Shown: one piece after another, positions 17,224-28,096 of the stretch
Numbering within the stretch: position 1 is the stretch's first letter
Layout: each line of letters begins with the position of its first letter
Source of the DNA: an uncultured Clostridia bacterium
GTDB lineage: Bacteria > Bacillota > Clostridia > TANB77 > CAG-508
Assembly: GCA_944388015.1 (NCBI GenBank)
Contig: CALXHD010000002.1
Location: 1 to 33,167 of the forward strand
Reading direction: 5' to 3'
DNA: 33,167 nt
Program-made: the position numbers and the translations under genes
Notes under the pieces: model-generated
What the model was told of the DNA's origin: nothing
What the model saw: the letters and a program-made list of their open reading frames with translations, nothing else
Database searches by the model: none

Positions 17224-17254
17224 AAATTAGGAGGCTTTTCTCCTAATTTTTTTG
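17224..17254 (+). terminator. Rho-independent terminator ending the T7SS-like operon
   Basis: AAATTAGGAG (17224-17233), gctttt loop, CTCCTAATTT (17240-17249), then a T-run. The stem is a perfect 10 bp. Confidence 0.85.
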
Positions 17255-17312
17255 TTACATTTTATGATTATAGGTAGTTGTAACCAAAAATTAAAAAATC
17301 ACAGAAAATCTA

Positions 17313-17342
17313 TTGACAAATAAGCTTGAAATCTGATATAAT
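17313..17342 (+). promoter_or_regulatory. Sigma-A promoter (extended -10) dedicated to rpoBC, followed by a leader of about 230 nt
   Basis: TTGACA (17313-17318), 18-nt spacer, TGaTATAAT (17334-17342). Confidence 0.6.
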
Positions 17343-17580
17343 ATCATATGAATTTTTACACTTTAAAAAATTAAAATCAAATGAAAAATAATAGATCAAA
17401 ACAATTTAAATCAAATGTTTCCAATTTTAAGAAAAGAGGAATTAAATATAGAAAACTGCAAAATAACTTAAAATGTAAAGCAGGCGTTTTAAGCTTTTGT
17501 AAGAGCTATATTCTAAGAGGGACTTTTCCTAAAATCAAATAAATTATTCTGCTTTAATTTTATTTAAGGAGTGATTTTTT

Positions 17581-20500
17581 TTGAAACTAAAAGAAATTCA
17601 ATACGAAAAAGCCTCAAGAAAAGATTTTGCCAAAGTTGGAGATTTTATCGAAATGCCGAACCTAATTAAAGTACAAAAAGATTCATATGATTGGTTTGTA
17701 GAAGAAGGATTAGGAGAAGTATTAAAAGATATATCACCAATAGAAGACTATTCAGGTAATCTTGTTCTTGAGTTTTTTGATTATTTCATGGAAGAAAAAA
17801 CAAAATACACATTAGAAGAAGCAAAAGAAAGAGATGCTACATATTCAACAAGATTACATGTAAAAGTAAGATTAATTAACCGTGAGACAGGAGAAATTAA
17901 AGAACAAGAAATTTATTTAGGTGATTTCCCTTTAATGACAGATAGTGGAACATTTATTATAAATGGTGCAGAAAGGGTTGTAGTAAGCCAATTAGTACGT
18001 TCACCAGGATGTTATTATGACGAAATATTTGATACAAAAACAGGTAAAAAGACATATACATCTACAGTTATGCCACTAAGAGGAGCATGGCTTGAATATG
18101 AAACAGATGGAAATGATATTTTTTGGGTGCGTGTAGATAGAACAAGAAAAGTTCCAGTTACAACATTATTAAGAGCAATTGGAATTATTTCAGATGACCA
18201 AATAAGAGATTTATTTGGAGAAGAAGAAATGCTTACAGCCACAATAGCAAAAGATCCAATTAAAACACAAGAAGATGCTTTAATTGAAATATATAAAAAA
18301 TTAAGACCAGGTGAATTACCAACAGTAGATGCTGCTAGAAATTTATTTAATGGATTATTTTATGATAATAGAAGATATGACTTAGCAAAAGTTGGAAGAT
18401 ATAAATTTAACCAAAAATTAGGACTAGCAGGTAGAATAAAAGGTAAAGTTTCAGCTGAAGATATTGTAGATACAGAAACTGGAGAAGTTTTTGTTCAAGC
18501 AGGAGAAGTAATTTCAGAAGAAGTAGCAGAAAATATTCAAAATTCAGGAATAAATATTGTAGATATTATGCAAGGAGAAAGAAAAGTAAGAATTATTGGT
18601 AATAGTACAGTTAATATCTACAAAATATTACCAAATGTAGATTTAAGCACATTACATTTTAAGGAAAATGTTAATTATGATGTACTTAAAAACATATTAG
18701 ATAATACAGAAGAAAAAGATTTATTAAAGATTTTAAAAGAGAGATATGATGAATTAGTACCAAAACATATCACAACAGAAGATATGATAGCTTCTATTAA
18801 TCTTTTACTTAATTTATCACATGGATTAGGTAAAAAAGATGATATAGACCATTTATCAAATCGTAGAATTCGTTGTGTAGGAGAACTTTTGCAAAATCAA
18901 TTTAGAATTGGTTTAGCAAGACTTGAAAGAGTAGTACGTGAAAGAATGACAATACAAGATTTAGATGTAGTAACACCACAAACATTAATAAATACAAAAC
19001 CTATTACATCAGCAATACGTGAATTCTTTGGAAGTTCACAATTATCACAATTTATGGATCAAACAAACCCTCTTTCAGAATTAACACATAAAAGAAGAAT
19101 ATCAGCATTAGGACCAGGAGGATTAACAAGGGAAAGAGCAGGATTTGAAGTACGTGATGTTCACTATACACATTATGGTAGATTATGTCCAATAGAGTCA
19201 CCTGAAGGACCAAACATAGGATTAATATCTGCACTTTCATCATTTGCAAATATTAATGAATATGGATTTATAGAAACACCTTATAGAAAAATAGACCCTG
19301 AAACACATAGAGCAACTGATATTGTCGAATATATGAGTGCAGATGTAGAAGATAATTATATTATTGCACAAGCATCTGAACCAATGAATGAAAAAGGTGA
19401 ATTTATTAATAATAGAATTAGAGTAAGATTTAAAAATGACATAATAGAAGTTGATAAAAATCAAGTTCAATATGTTGACGTGTCACCAAAACAATTAGTT
19501 TCTATAGCTGCAGCAATGATACCATTTTTAGAACATGATGATGCAAAAAGATCACTTATGGGAGCAAACATGCAACGTCAAGCAGTTCCATTAATGATTA
19601 CAGAAAGACCAATTGTAGGAACAGGTATTGAATATAGAGCAGCTAAAGATTCAGGAATATTAGTATTAGCTGAAGATGATGGTGTTGTAGAAAAAGTTAC
19701 AGGAGATAGTATTACTGTAAAATACAATAATGGAAAAACGGTTGTACATAAATTACGTAAATTTAAAAGAACAAATGGTGGAACATGTATAAATCAAAAA
19801 CCAATAGTAAAAAAAGGTGAGATAGTAAAAAAAGGTGATAGTATTGCAGATGGACCATCAACTAAAGATGGAGAAATGTCACTTGGAAAAAATGTATTAG
19901 TTGCCTTTTCTACATGGGAAGGTTATAACTATGAAGACGCTATCTTATTAAATGAAAGACTAGTAAAAGAAGATGTATTTACATCAATACATATAGAAGA
20001 ATATGATTGTGAATGTAGAGATACAAAATTAGGACCTGAAGAAATAACAAGAGATATACCAAATGTTGGTGATGATGTACTAAAAGATTTAGACGAAAAT
20101 GGTATTATTAGAATTGGTGCAGAGGTAAGACCAGGAGATATTTTGGTTGGAAAAGTTACACCAAAAGGTGAAACAGAATTAACAGCAGAAGAAAGATTGT
20201 TAAGAGCAATATTTGGAGAAAAGGCTAGAGAGGTTAGAGATACATCACTACGTGTACCACATGGAGAAGCTGGAACAATTGTTGATGTAAAAATCTTTAC
20301 TAGAGATAATTCAGATGAATTAGGTCCAGGTGTTAATCAAATAATTAGATGTTATATTGCAACAAAAAGAAAAATATCAGTTGGAGACAAGATGGCTGGA
20401 CGTCATGGTAATAAAGGTGTTATCTCAAGAGTATTACCAGAAGAAGATATGCCATTTATGCCTGATGGAACACCAATAGATATTTTACTTAACCCACTTG

Positions 20501-21327
20501 GTGTACCTTCTCGTATGAATCTAGGACAAATCTTAGAAGTACATTTGGGAGGAGCTGCAAAAGCTTTAGGATGGCATGTATCAACACCTGTATTTGATGG
20601 TGCAACACAAGAAGATGTAGAAGAAATATTAAAAGAAGCTGGAATGTCACCAGATGGAAAGACAATATTATATGATGGTAGAACAGGAGATCCTTTTGCT
20701 AAACCAGTAACAGTTGGTGTTATGTATATGTTAAAATTACACCACTTAGTAGATGACAAAATACATGCTCGTTCAACAGGTCCATACTCACTAGTTACAC
20801 AACAACCACTTGGAGGTAAAGCACAATTTGGTGGACAACGTTTTGGAGAGATGGAAGTTTGGGCATTAGAGGCATATGGAGCAGCATATACATTACAAGA
20901 AATGCTTACTGTAAAATCAGATGATGTTGTTGGACGTGTTAAAACATATGAAGCAATTGTTAAAGGAGAAAATATACCTGAACCAGGTGTACCAGAAAGC
21001 TTTAAAGTTTTAGTAAAAGAATTACAATCATTAGGATTAGATGTAAGATTATATTCAGAAGATAATCAAGAATTAGAACTTAAAGAAAATATAGAAGATG
21101 GTATTGAATATGATCCTGAACAAGACAAAAAACTATTATCTGAAGAAGAAGTTATAGAAGCAGATGATTTAGAAGATGGATATATTGACGAATCTTTGGA
21201 AGACGATGACATGATTGAAGATGAAAGTGATGAACTATTTGATGGTCTAGATGATGAAGGAGAAGAAGATATATTTGATTCTGATTTAGCAAATGATAAT
21301 ATAGATAATGATGAAGATAATATTTAA
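17581..21327 (+). CDS. rpoB: DNA-directed RNA polymerase subunit beta
   Basis: AAGGAG RBS before the TTG start. Unmistakable conserved beta-subunit blocks are present ([55 protein letters not shown]). An acidic C-terminal tail is present. Confidence 0.97.
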   Translation: MKLKEIQYEKASRKDFAKVGDFIEMPNLIKVQKDSYDWFVEEGLGEVLKDISPIEDYSGNLVLEFFDYFMEEKTKYTLEEAKERDATYSTRLHVKVRLINRETGEIKEQEIYLGDFPLMTDSGTFIINGAERVVVSQLVRSPGCYYDEIFDTKTGKKTYTSTVMPLRGAWLEYETDGNDIFWVRVDRTRKVPVTTLLRAIGIISDDQIRDLFGEEEMLTATIAKDPIKTQEDALIEIYKKLRPGELPTVDAARNLFNGLFYDNRRYDLAKVGRYKFNQKLGLAGRIKGKVSAEDIVDTETGEVFVQAGEVISEEVAENIQNSGINIVDIMQGERKVRIIGNSTVNIYKILPNVDLSTLHFKENVNYDVLKNILDNTEEKDLLKILKERYDELVPKHITTEDMIASINLLLNLSHGLGKKDDIDHLSNRRIRCVGELLQNQFRIGLARLERVVRERMTIQDLDVVTPQTLINTKPITSAIREFFGSSQLSQFMDQTNPLSELTHKRRISALGPGGLTRERAGFEVRDVHYTHYGRLCPIESPEGPNIGLISALSSFANINEYGFIETPYRKIDPETHRATDIVEYMSADVEDNYIIAQASEPMNEKGEFINNRIRVRFKNDIIEVDKNQVQYVDVSPKQLVSIAAAMIPFLEHDDAKRSLMGANMQRQAVPLMITERPIVGTGIEYRAAKDSGILVLAEDDGVVEKVTGDSITVKYNNGKTVVHKLRKFKRTNGGTCINQKPIVKKGEIVKKGDSIADGPSTKDGEMSLGKNVLVAFSTWEGYNYEDAILLNERLVKEDVFTSIHIEEYDCECRDTKLGPEEITRDIPNVGDDVLKDLDENGIIRIGAEVRPGDILVGKVTPKGETELTAEERLLRAIFGEKAREVRDTSLRVPHGEAGTIVDVKIFTRDNSDELGPGVNQIIRCYIATKRKISVGDKMAGRHGNKGVISRVLPEEDMPFMPDGTPIDILLNPLGVPSRMNLGQILEVHLGGAAKALGWHVSTPVFDGATQEDVEEILKEAGMSPDGKTILYDGRTGDPFAKPVTVGVMYMLKLHHLVDDKIHARSTGPYSLVTQQPLGGKAQFGGQRFGEMEVWALEAYGAAYTLQEMLTVKSDDVVGRVKTYEAIVKGENIPEPGVPESFKVLVKELQSLGLDVRLYSEDNQELELKENIEDGIEYDPEQDKKLLSEEEVIEADDLEDGYIDESLEDDDMIEDESDELFDGLDDEGEEDIFDSDLANDNIDNDEDNI

Positions 21328-21336
21328 TTAAATAAA

Positions 21337-21405
21337 TTTTAGAAAGTTTAAAAGCGACAGGATGGAATTGTTCGAGCAGTGGATAGCTTTTAAATTGTTC
21401 TAAAA
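21337..21405 (+). promoter_or_regulatory. Intercistronic rpoB-rpoC hairpin (possible processing or attenuation site)
   Basis: TTTTAGAAaGTTTAAAAGC (21337-21355) pairs with GCTTTTAAAttgTTCTAAAA (21386-21405) around a 30-nt loop. No U-tract follows. Confidence 0.4.
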
Positions 21406-21441
21406 TTACCCAAATAAAAAAGTTATAGGGGGAAATAGAAC

Positions 21442-24400
21442 GTGGACGAATTGGATATTTTTAATAAATTAAAAATAGGTATTGCATCAGATGAAAAAGT
21501 AAGGGAATGGTCAAAAGGTGAAGTAAAAAAACCTGAAACTATTAATTATAGAACATTAAAACCTGAAAAGGATGGTTTATTTTGTGAGAGAATATTTGGA
21601 CCAACAAAAGACTGGGAATGTCATTGTGGTAAATATAAAAGAGTAAGATATAAAGGGATAGTTTGTGACCGTTGTGGTGTAGAAGTAACAAAAGCAAAAG
21701 TTAGACGTGAAAGAATGGGACATATTGAACTTGCAGCACCTGTGGCACATATATGGTATTTTAAAGGAATACCTAGTAGAATTGCATTAATGCTAGATGT
21801 ATCACCAAGAAATTTGGAGAAAGTTATATATTTTGCTTCATATATTGTTATAGATAAAGGTACAACAGATTTGGAAAAATGCCAAGTTTTAAATGAAAAA
21901 GAATATCATGAAGCTGAAGAAAAATTTGGAAGAGGATCATTTAAAGCACAAATGGGAGCAGAAGCAATACGTACATTGCTAGAAGGAATTGATTTGGATA
22001 AATTATCAGCTTCTATAAAAAAGGAAATTGAAAAAGCTAGCGAACAGAAAAAAACAAAATTAGTAAAAAGATTAGATACAGTCGAAGCTTTTAGAATTTC
22101 AGGAAACAGACCTGAATGGATGGTAATGGGTGTTGTACCTGTTATTCCACCTGAATTAAGACCAATGGTTCAACTAGATGGTGGTAGATTTGCAACATCA
22201 GATTTAAATGACTTATATCGTAGAGTTATAAATAGAAATAATAGATTAAAAAGATTATTAGAGTTAGGTGCACCAGAAATTATTGTACGTAATGAGAAAC
22301 GTATGTTACAAGAATCTGTTGATGCATTAATAGATAATGGTAGACGTGGTAGACCTGTAACAGGAGCTGGAAATAGACCTTTAAAATCTTTATCAGATAT
22401 GTTAAAAGGTAAACAAGGACGTTTCCGTCAAAACTTGCTTGGAAAACGTGTGGATTATTCAGGACGTTCAGTTATTGTTGTTGGACCTGAACTTAAAATA
22501 TATCAATGTGGACTTCCAAAAGAGATGGCAATTGAATTATTTAAACCATTTGTTATGAAAGAACTAGTTGGTAGAAATTTAGCACAAAACATTAAAAATG
22601 CTAAAAGAATGGTAGAAAGATTAAACCCTGAGGTTTGGGGAATATTGGAAGATGTTATAAAAGATCATCCAGTTATGCTAAACAGAGCTCCAACATTACA
22701 CAGACTTGGAATTCAAGCATTTGAACCAGTTTTAGTAGAGGGTAGAGCTATAAAATTACACCCACTTGTTTGTGAAGCATTTAATGCAGACTTTGATGGA
22801 GACCAAATGGCTATACACTTACCATTATCACCTGAAGCACAAGCAGAATCAAGATATCTAATGTTATCAACAAATAATTTACTTAAACCACAGGATGGTA
22901 AACCAGTTGCTGTACCTAGACTAGACATGATTTTAGGAAGTTATTATTTAACAATGACTCTTGATGGAGAAAAAGGAGAAGGAACTTATTTCCGTGATCC
23001 TGATGAAGCCATCATGGCATTTGAAAATAATGATGTTGATATACATGCTAAAATTTTTGTTAGAATAACAAAAGAAATTGATGGGGAGATTAAAACTAAA
23101 AAAATAGAAACAAGTGTTGGAAGAATTATATTTAACCAAGGAATTCCTCAAGATTTAGGATTTGTAGATAGAAAAGAAGATCCATTCCAATATGAAATAA
23201 ATTTCCCTGTAATGAAAAAATCTATGGGAACAATAATAGAAAGAGTAATAAGATTACATGGATTAACAGAATCTGCAGAAGTAATTGATTATATCAAAGC
23301 ATTAGGATTTAAATATTCTACACTTGCAGGTATTACATTCTCTATGAGTGATGTTGAAGTACCACCAGCTAAAAAACAATTACTTGAAGAAGCGGATAAA
23401 CAAATAGAAAATATACGTAAGCAATATGCAAGAGGTCTTATTACAAATGAAGAGCGTTATAACGCGGTTATTAAAGTTTGGGAAAATACTACAAATGAAG
23501 TTAGTAAAGCAATGGAAGAAAATTTTGATGATTTAAATCCTATATATATGATGGTTAAATCAGGAGCCCGTGGTAATATGAACCAATTACGTCAGATTGC
23601 AGGTATGAGAGGATTAATGGCAAGTACAACAGGTAAAGCTGTTGAGATACCAATAAAATCATCATTTGCAGATGGATTAGATGCATTGGAATACTTTATA
23701 TCTGCACATGGAGCAAGAAAAGGACTTTCAGATACAGCATTAAGAACAGCGGATTCTGGATATTTAACAAGAAGATTAGTTGATGTATCACAAGATATTA
23801 TTGTAAGAGAAGCTGATTGTGGTACAGAAGAAGGAATATTAGTATATGATATAAAAGATGGAAATCAAATAATAGAAAAAATGCAAGAAAGACTAGTTGG
23901 AAGATTTGCATTACAAGATGTTATTGATCCAAAAACAAATGAAGTTATTGTAGACAAAGATACAATGATAACAGAACCAATTGCAGATAAAATAGTTGAG
24001 GCTGGAATTGAAAAATTAGAAGTACGTTCTGTATTAGGTTGTCATTCAAAACATGGAGTTTGTCAAAAATGTTATGGTATGGGCTTAGCAAGAAGAGATT
24101 TAGTATCAATTGGTGAATCAGTTGGAATTATTGCAGCACAATCAATTGGAGAACCAGGAACACAGCTTACAATGAGAACAATACACTCTGGTGGTGTTGC
24201 AGGTGTTGCAGATATAACACAAGGTCTTCCTAGAGTTGAAGAATTATTTGAAGCTAGAAAACCAAAAGGATTAGCTATTATTTCTGAAATAGCGGGAAAG
24301 GTAAAAATAAAAGAGACAAAGAAGAAAAAAGAGGTAATAGTAACAAGCAAAGATGATTCTAGAACATATACAATTCCATTTGGATCAAAAATGAAAGTAA

Positions 24401-24951
24401 ATAATGGAGATATGGTAGAAGTAGCTCAACCATTAATTGAGGGATCAGTAAACCCAAGCGAACTTTTAGCAATTAAAGGACCAAAAGGTGTATATGAATA
24501 TTTAATTTCGGAAGTACAAAAAGTTTATAGAAACCAAGGTGTTGATATAAATGATAAACATATTGAAGTTATAGGTAGACAAATGCTTAAGAAAGTAAGA
24601 ATTGATGATAATGGAGATACAGATATGTTCCCAGGTGCTTTAATTGACATGTATGAGTTTGAAGATAAAAATAATGAGGCAATTAAAGAAGGTAAACGTC
24701 CTGCAACAGGTAAAAGAGTTTTACTTGGAATTACAAAAGCATCTCTTGCAACAGATAGTTTCTTATCTGCAGCATCATTCCAAGAAACAACAAGAGTACT
24801 TACAGATGCAGCAGTTAAAGGAAAAGTGGATGATTTAGTAGGACTTAAAGAAAATGTTATAATTGGTAAATTAATCCCAGCAGGTACTGGAATGAAAAAA
24901 TACCAAGACATAAAAATAAATACTGAATTAGCAGAAAAAGAAGAACTTTAG
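21442..24951 (+). CDS. rpoC: DNA-directed RNA polymerase subunit beta'
   Basis: GTG start after GGGGGA. The zinc-binding CHCGKYK...CDRCGVEV motif, the catalytic [10 protein letters not shown] motif and trigger-loop/bridge-helix blocks are present. Length is 1169 aa. Confidence 0.97.
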   Translation: MDELDIFNKLKIGIASDEKVREWSKGEVKKPETINYRTLKPEKDGLFCERIFGPTKDWECHCGKYKRVRYKGIVCDRCGVEVTKAKVRRERMGHIELAAPVAHIWYFKGIPSRIALMLDVSPRNLEKVIYFASYIVIDKGTTDLEKCQVLNEKEYHEAEEKFGRGSFKAQMGAEAIRTLLEGIDLDKLSASIKKEIEKASEQKKTKLVKRLDTVEAFRISGNRPEWMVMGVVPVIPPELRPMVQLDGGRFATSDLNDLYRRVINRNNRLKRLLELGAPEIIVRNEKRMLQESVDALIDNGRRGRPVTGAGNRPLKSLSDMLKGKQGRFRQNLLGKRVDYSGRSVIVVGPELKIYQCGLPKEMAIELFKPFVMKELVGRNLAQNIKNAKRMVERLNPEVWGILEDVIKDHPVMLNRAPTLHRLGIQAFEPVLVEGRAIKLHPLVCEAFNADFDGDQMAIHLPLSPEAQAESRYLMLSTNNLLKPQDGKPVAVPRLDMILGSYYLTMTLDGEKGEGTYFRDPDEAIMAFENNDVDIHAKIFVRITKEIDGEIKTKKIETSVGRIIFNQGIPQDLGFVDRKEDPFQYEINFPVMKKSMGTIIERVIRLHGLTESAEVIDYIKALGFKYSTLAGITFSMSDVEVPPAKKQLLEEADKQIENIRKQYARGLITNEERYNAVIKVWENTTNEVSKAMEENFDDLNPIYMMVKSGARGNMNQLRQIAGMRGLMASTTGKAVEIPIKSSFADGLDALEYFISAHGARKGLSDTALRTADSGYLTRRLVDVSQDIIVREADCGTEEGILVYDIKDGNQIIEKMQERLVGRFALQDVIDPKTNEVIVDKDTMITEPIADKIVEAGIEKLEVRSVLGCHSKHGVCQKCYGMGLARRDLVSIGESVGIIAAQSIGEPGTQLTMRTIHSGGVAGVADITQGLPRVEELFEARKPKGLAIISEIAGKVKIKETKKKKEVIVTSKDDSRTYTIPFGSKMKVNNGDMVEVAQPLIEGSVNPSELLAIKGPKGVYEYLISEVQKVYRNQGVDINDKHIEVIGRQMLKKVRIDDNGDTDMFPGALIDMYEFEDKNNEAIKEGKRPATGKRVLLGITKASLATDSFLSAASFQETTRVLTDAAVKGKVDDLVGLKENVIIGKLIPAGTGMKKYQDIKINTELAEKEEL

Positions 24952-24973
24952 GGAGTAATCCTTAAAGTTCTTT
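24941..24973 (+). terminator. Hairpin overlapping the rpoC stop codon (weak terminator candidate)
   Basis: AAGAACTTTAGGGA (24941-24954), gtaa loop, TCCTTAAAGTTCTT (24959-24972). It is followed only by a short, interrupted T/A tract. Confidence 0.35.
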
Positions 24974-24991
24974 AAAAATTAAAAAAATTAA

Positions 24992-25020
24992 TTGAAAAAA
25001 GTCAATATTATTGATATAAT
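24992..25020 (+). promoter_or_regulatory. Sigma-A promoter (extended -10) for the small ORF at 25067
   Basis: TTGAAA (24992-24997), 17-nt spacer, TGaTATAAT (25012-25020). Confidence 0.55.
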
Positions 25021-25066
25021 TTACACATAATAAAATCATTAAATAATTAAAAAAGGAAGAATATAT

Positions 25067-25273
25067 ATGAAGAATTTAATAAAAAATCAAAAAGGTTCAA
25101 TAACAATTTTAGTAATTGCAAGTATTTTATTTATTTTAATAGTTCTAGTAAATTTATTTTTATGGGCTGGAAATACAACTAATTCTCAAAGTAAAGAGAT
25201 AGAATTAATACAAGAAGAATATAATGTAACAGATGACGAGATGACAGAAGCATATTTAAATGCGATTAAATAA
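25067..25273 (+). CDS. Small (68 aa) single-pass membrane protein with an acidic C-terminal tail; function unknown
   Basis: AAGGAAG RBS about 8 nt before the ATG, and it has its own promoter. KGSITILVIASILFILIVLVNLFLW is a single TM helix. The coding assignment rests only on the RBS, the promoter and the ORF. Confidence 0.5.
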   Translation: MKNLIKNQKGSITILVIASILFILIVLVNLFLWAGNTTNSQSKEIELIQEEYNVTDDEMTEAYLNAIK

Positions 25274-25283
25274 GGTGTTAAAA

Positions 25284-25312
25284 TTGACAAATCCTCAAAA
25301 ATAAGGTAAAAT
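25284..25312 (+). promoter_or_regulatory. Sigma-A promoter for gdpP
   Basis: TTGACA (25284-25289), 17-nt spacer, TAAAAT (25307-25312). Confidence 0.55.
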
Positions 25313-25439
25313 AGTAGTATTAATTTAAAATTTTACATAGTTATAATATTATATCTATGTAAAATAAAATGTAACTAAAAAGAAATAATTGTTGAAAAAG
25401 TGATTGTGTTTTTTCAACTAGAAAGGATTGTATTAAAAA

Positions 25440-27458
25440 ATGCAAAACACAAATAGAAAAGTTTTTGATTATATAATATCAAAAACTAAAATATACTTAA
25501 TAATTATATTATTCTTATTGATAATTATTAGTATATATAATAATAATATGATATTTCCATCAGTTATTATGTATTTATTAATATTAGGGTATACGTATTT
25601 TGCAAATAATAAGAGAAAAAATGAGATATCTGAAACATTGCAAGATTTGATGTTAAATGTAGATACTGCCGCAAAGAGTACATTAATAAATTCTCCTTTT
25701 CCATTAATTGTTTTAGAGACAAATGGAAAAATAATATGGCGTAGTTCAACATTTGTTTCAGAGTTTGAAAAAGTAGATATAAATTCATACATAGATGATA
25801 TGATATTTGAAATAAAAAATGATATAGAAAAACAAAAAGATATACAAAAACAAAAATTTCAATCATGTATTGAAAGAGAAATTGCAATACAAGATAAAAT
25901 CTATAAAATAGTGGGAAGATATGTTAGCTCTCGTAATAAAGATAAAAAAACAGCAAAAGAATATATGGTAATATTATATTTTATAGATGTAACAGAAAAT
26001 AGAACATTACAGCAAAAATATAAAGATTCTCGCTCATGTGTAGAGATAATTATGGTAGATAATTATGAGGAAAATATGCAATTAATAGATAGTGAAGAAA
26101 AAGCGCAAATTATTGCAGAAATAGATAAAGCAATATTTGAATGGACAAATGAATCAAATGGAATCTTAATAAAAACAGACCGTGATAGATATGTTTATAT
26201 TTTTGAACAAAGATATCTAGAAGAAGTAAAGGAAGACAAATTTAGTATATTAGATAAGATAAAGGAAATAAATACAGGAGAAAAATTCCAATTTACTTTA
26301 AGTATAGCTGTATCAAATGAAGGAGATACAGATAAAGATAAATATAAATCAGCACAAGTAGCAATGGACTTAGTTTTAGGTAGAGGTGGAGACCAGGCAG
26401 TTGTCAGAGAAAATGAAATATATCGTTTTTTCGGTGGAAGAGCTCAAGAAGTAGAAAAGCGTACTAAAGTAAAAGCTCGTGTTGTAGCACATGCATTAGA
26501 GAACTTGATTAAAGAATCAGATAAGGTGTTAATAATGGGACATCAAAATCCTGATATTGATGCAATGGGTTCAGCAATGGGAATTTACCGTCTAGCAAAA
26601 AGTTTAAATAAAAATGCATATATTGTGTATAATGGGCAAAGTTATGCTTTAGATACATTTAAAAAAGAACTAGATAAAAACGAAGAATATGAAGATTTAT
26701 TTATAAGTAAAGAAGTTGCTATGGAAAATATAGAAGAAAACACATTATTAGTTGTAGTAGATACTCATAAAAAAAATTATGTAGAAGAGCCACAATTAAT
26801 AGATAAAGTCGAGAAAATAGTTATAATTGACCACCATAGGAGAAGTGAGGATTATATAGAAAATTCTATACTTACATTCCAAGAAGTATATGCTTCTTCA
26901 ACTGCAGAACTAGTTACAGAACTTATGCAATATACAGAAGTAAATGTTGAATTAAAAACAATAGAAGCAGAAAGTTTATATGCCGGAATAATGATGGATA
27001 CAAAAAACTTTACATTTAAAACAGGTGTAAGAACATTTGAAGCAGCAGCTTATTTACGTAGATGTGGTGTTGATATTATTAGAGTAAAAAAATGGTTCCA
27101 AAGTGATTTATCTAATTTTAACAAAATAGCAGATATTGTTAAGTCTGCTGAAATTGTAAATCAAAGTATCGCAATTGCAATGAATAATCAAAAAGAAAAA
27201 GATGTCAGTGTAGTATGTGCAAAAGCTGCAGATGAGCTTTTAACAATTAGTAATATCACAGCTTCTTTCGTATTAGGAGATATGGGTGACAAAATTTGTA
27301 TAAGTGGTAGATCATTAGGAGATATCAATGTACAATTAATCCTAGAAAAGCTAGGCGGTGGCGGACATATTACATTAGCAGGTGCACAGGTTGAAGGAAA
27401 AAGCATGGAAGAGGTAAAAGGGGAGTTAATTGGTTGTATTAATGATTATTTTGCTTAG
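25440..27458 (+). CDS. gdpP: Cyclic-di-AMP phosphodiesterase GdpP (YybT family): 2 TM helices, PAS-like domain, degenerate GGDEF domain, DHH/DHHA1 domains
   Basis: Two N-terminal TM helices. DHH motifs HQNPDIDAMGS, VVDTH and IIDHHR are present, plus the DHHA1 GGGGH motif. The 672-aa length fits the family. The conserved Firmicute synteny gdpP-rplI-dnaB (yybT-rplI-dnaC in B. subtilis) is preserved. Confidence 0.9.
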   Translation: MQNTNRKVFDYIISKTKIYLIIILFLLIIISIYNNNMIFPSVIMYLLILGYTYFANNKRKNEISETLQDLMLNVDTAAKSTLINSPFPLIVLETNGKIIWRSSTFVSEFEKVDINSYIDDMIFEIKNDIEKQKDIQKQKFQSCIEREIAIQDKIYKIVGRYVSSRNKDKKTAKEYMVILYFIDVTENRTLQQKYKDSRSCVEIIMVDNYEENMQLIDSEEKAQIIAEIDKAIFEWTNESNGILIKTDRDRYVYIFEQRYLEEVKEDKFSILDKIKEINTGEKFQFTLSIAVSNEGDTDKDKYKSAQVAMDLVLGRGGDQAVVRENEIYRFFGGRAQEVEKRTKVKARVVAHALENLIKESDKVLIMGHQNPDIDAMGSAMGIYRLAKSLNKNAYIVYNGQSYALDTFKKELDKNEEYEDLFISKEVAMENIEENTLLVVVDTHKKNYVEEPQLIDKVEKIVIIDHHRRSEDYIENSILTFQEVYASSTAELVTELMQYTEVNVELKTIEAESLYAGIMMDTKNFTFKTGVRTFEAAAYLRRCGVDIIRVKKWFQSDLSNFNKIADIVKSAEIVNQSIAIAMNNQKEKDVSVVCAKAADELLTISNITASFVLGDMGDKICISGRSLGDINVQLILEKLGGGGHITLAGAQVEGKSMEEVKGELIGCINDYFA

Positions 27459-27548
27459 TTGAAAAATAATTACAATTTTGGCGTCGTCAAACCGCATTTA
27501 AAATTTAATCAACGTACAACTCATATATGAGAAAGGATTGTGAATAAT

Positions 27549-27995
27549 ATGAAGGTAATATTAAAACAAGATATAAAAGGAGTAGGAAAAAAAGATGAAA
27601 TAATAAATGCTTCAGATGGATATGCACGAAATTTTTTATTTCCAAAAGGATTAGCTGTAGAAGCAAATGCACAAAATATGGCAAACTTAAAAGCAAAGCA
27701 AGATTCAAATGCTTATAGAAAAGATCAAGAAAAACAAGAAGCAAGAAAACAAGCTGAACATATAAAAAAGATAATGCTAACTATTCCAGTAAAAGCTGGG
27801 GAAAATGGGAAAATATTTGGAGGTGTATCTTCAAAAGAGATAGCAGAATTATTGCAAAAAACACACAATATTATTGTAGATAAAAAGAAAATAGATTTAA
27901 AAGAAACAATAAAAGAATTAGGAATAAAAACCGTAGAAATCAAGTTATATGAAGGTGTAATTGCAAAATTAAAAATTAATGTAATTAAAGGTTAA
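27549..27995 (+). CDS. rplI: 50S ribosomal protein L9
   Basis: [36 protein letters not shown] is the canonical L9 N terminus. I prefer the ATG at 27549, 11 nt after AAAGGA, over the GTG at 27540. Confidence 0.95.
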   Translation: MKVILKQDIKGVGKKDEIINASDGYARNFLFPKGLAVEANAQNMANLKAKQDSNAYRKDQEKQEARKQAEHIKKIMLTIPVKAGENGKIFGGVSSKEIAELLQKTHNIIVDKKKIDLKETIKELGIKTVEIKLYEGVIAKLKINVIKG

Positions 27996-28011
27996 AAATA
28001 GATTATTACAT

Positions 28012-28077
28012 AAACAATGACAAAGACTTTTAAATATTGCGGATAATACAAGTAAAAAAGTCTGTTATTGTTTTTTT
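28012..28077 (+). terminator. Hairpin plus T-run between rplI and dnaB (terminator/attenuator candidate)
   Basis: AAACAATGACAAAGACTTTT (28012-28031) pairs imperfectly with AAAAGTCTGTTATTGTTT (28056-28073), followed by TTTTTTT. The loop is large, at 24 nt. Confidence 0.5.
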
Positions 28078-28096
28078 AAACTAATTAAGGGAAGGA

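Noticed and set aside
17500-17540. GACTTTTCCTAAAAT in the rpoB leader, which resembles a half-site of the 7518/9633 palindrome
   Set aside because: The similarity is partial, with an insertion and a mismatch, there is no partner half-site, and it is a single occurrence. This is insufficient.
21088-21327. Highly acidic C-terminal tail of RpoB (about 75 residues of Asp/Glu-rich sequence)
   Set aside because: It is striking by eye, but to my recollection acidic C-terminal extensions occur on beta subunits of other Firmicutes such as B. subtilis. It is probably lineage-typical rather than novel.
18015-24911. Short ORFs inside rpoB and rpoC: eight antisense ORFs between 18015 and 24911, plus 24644-24838 on the + strand in an alternative frame
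   Set aside because: They are embedded in two of the most conserved genes known. None has translation signals, and their compositions are typical of out-of-frame read-through.
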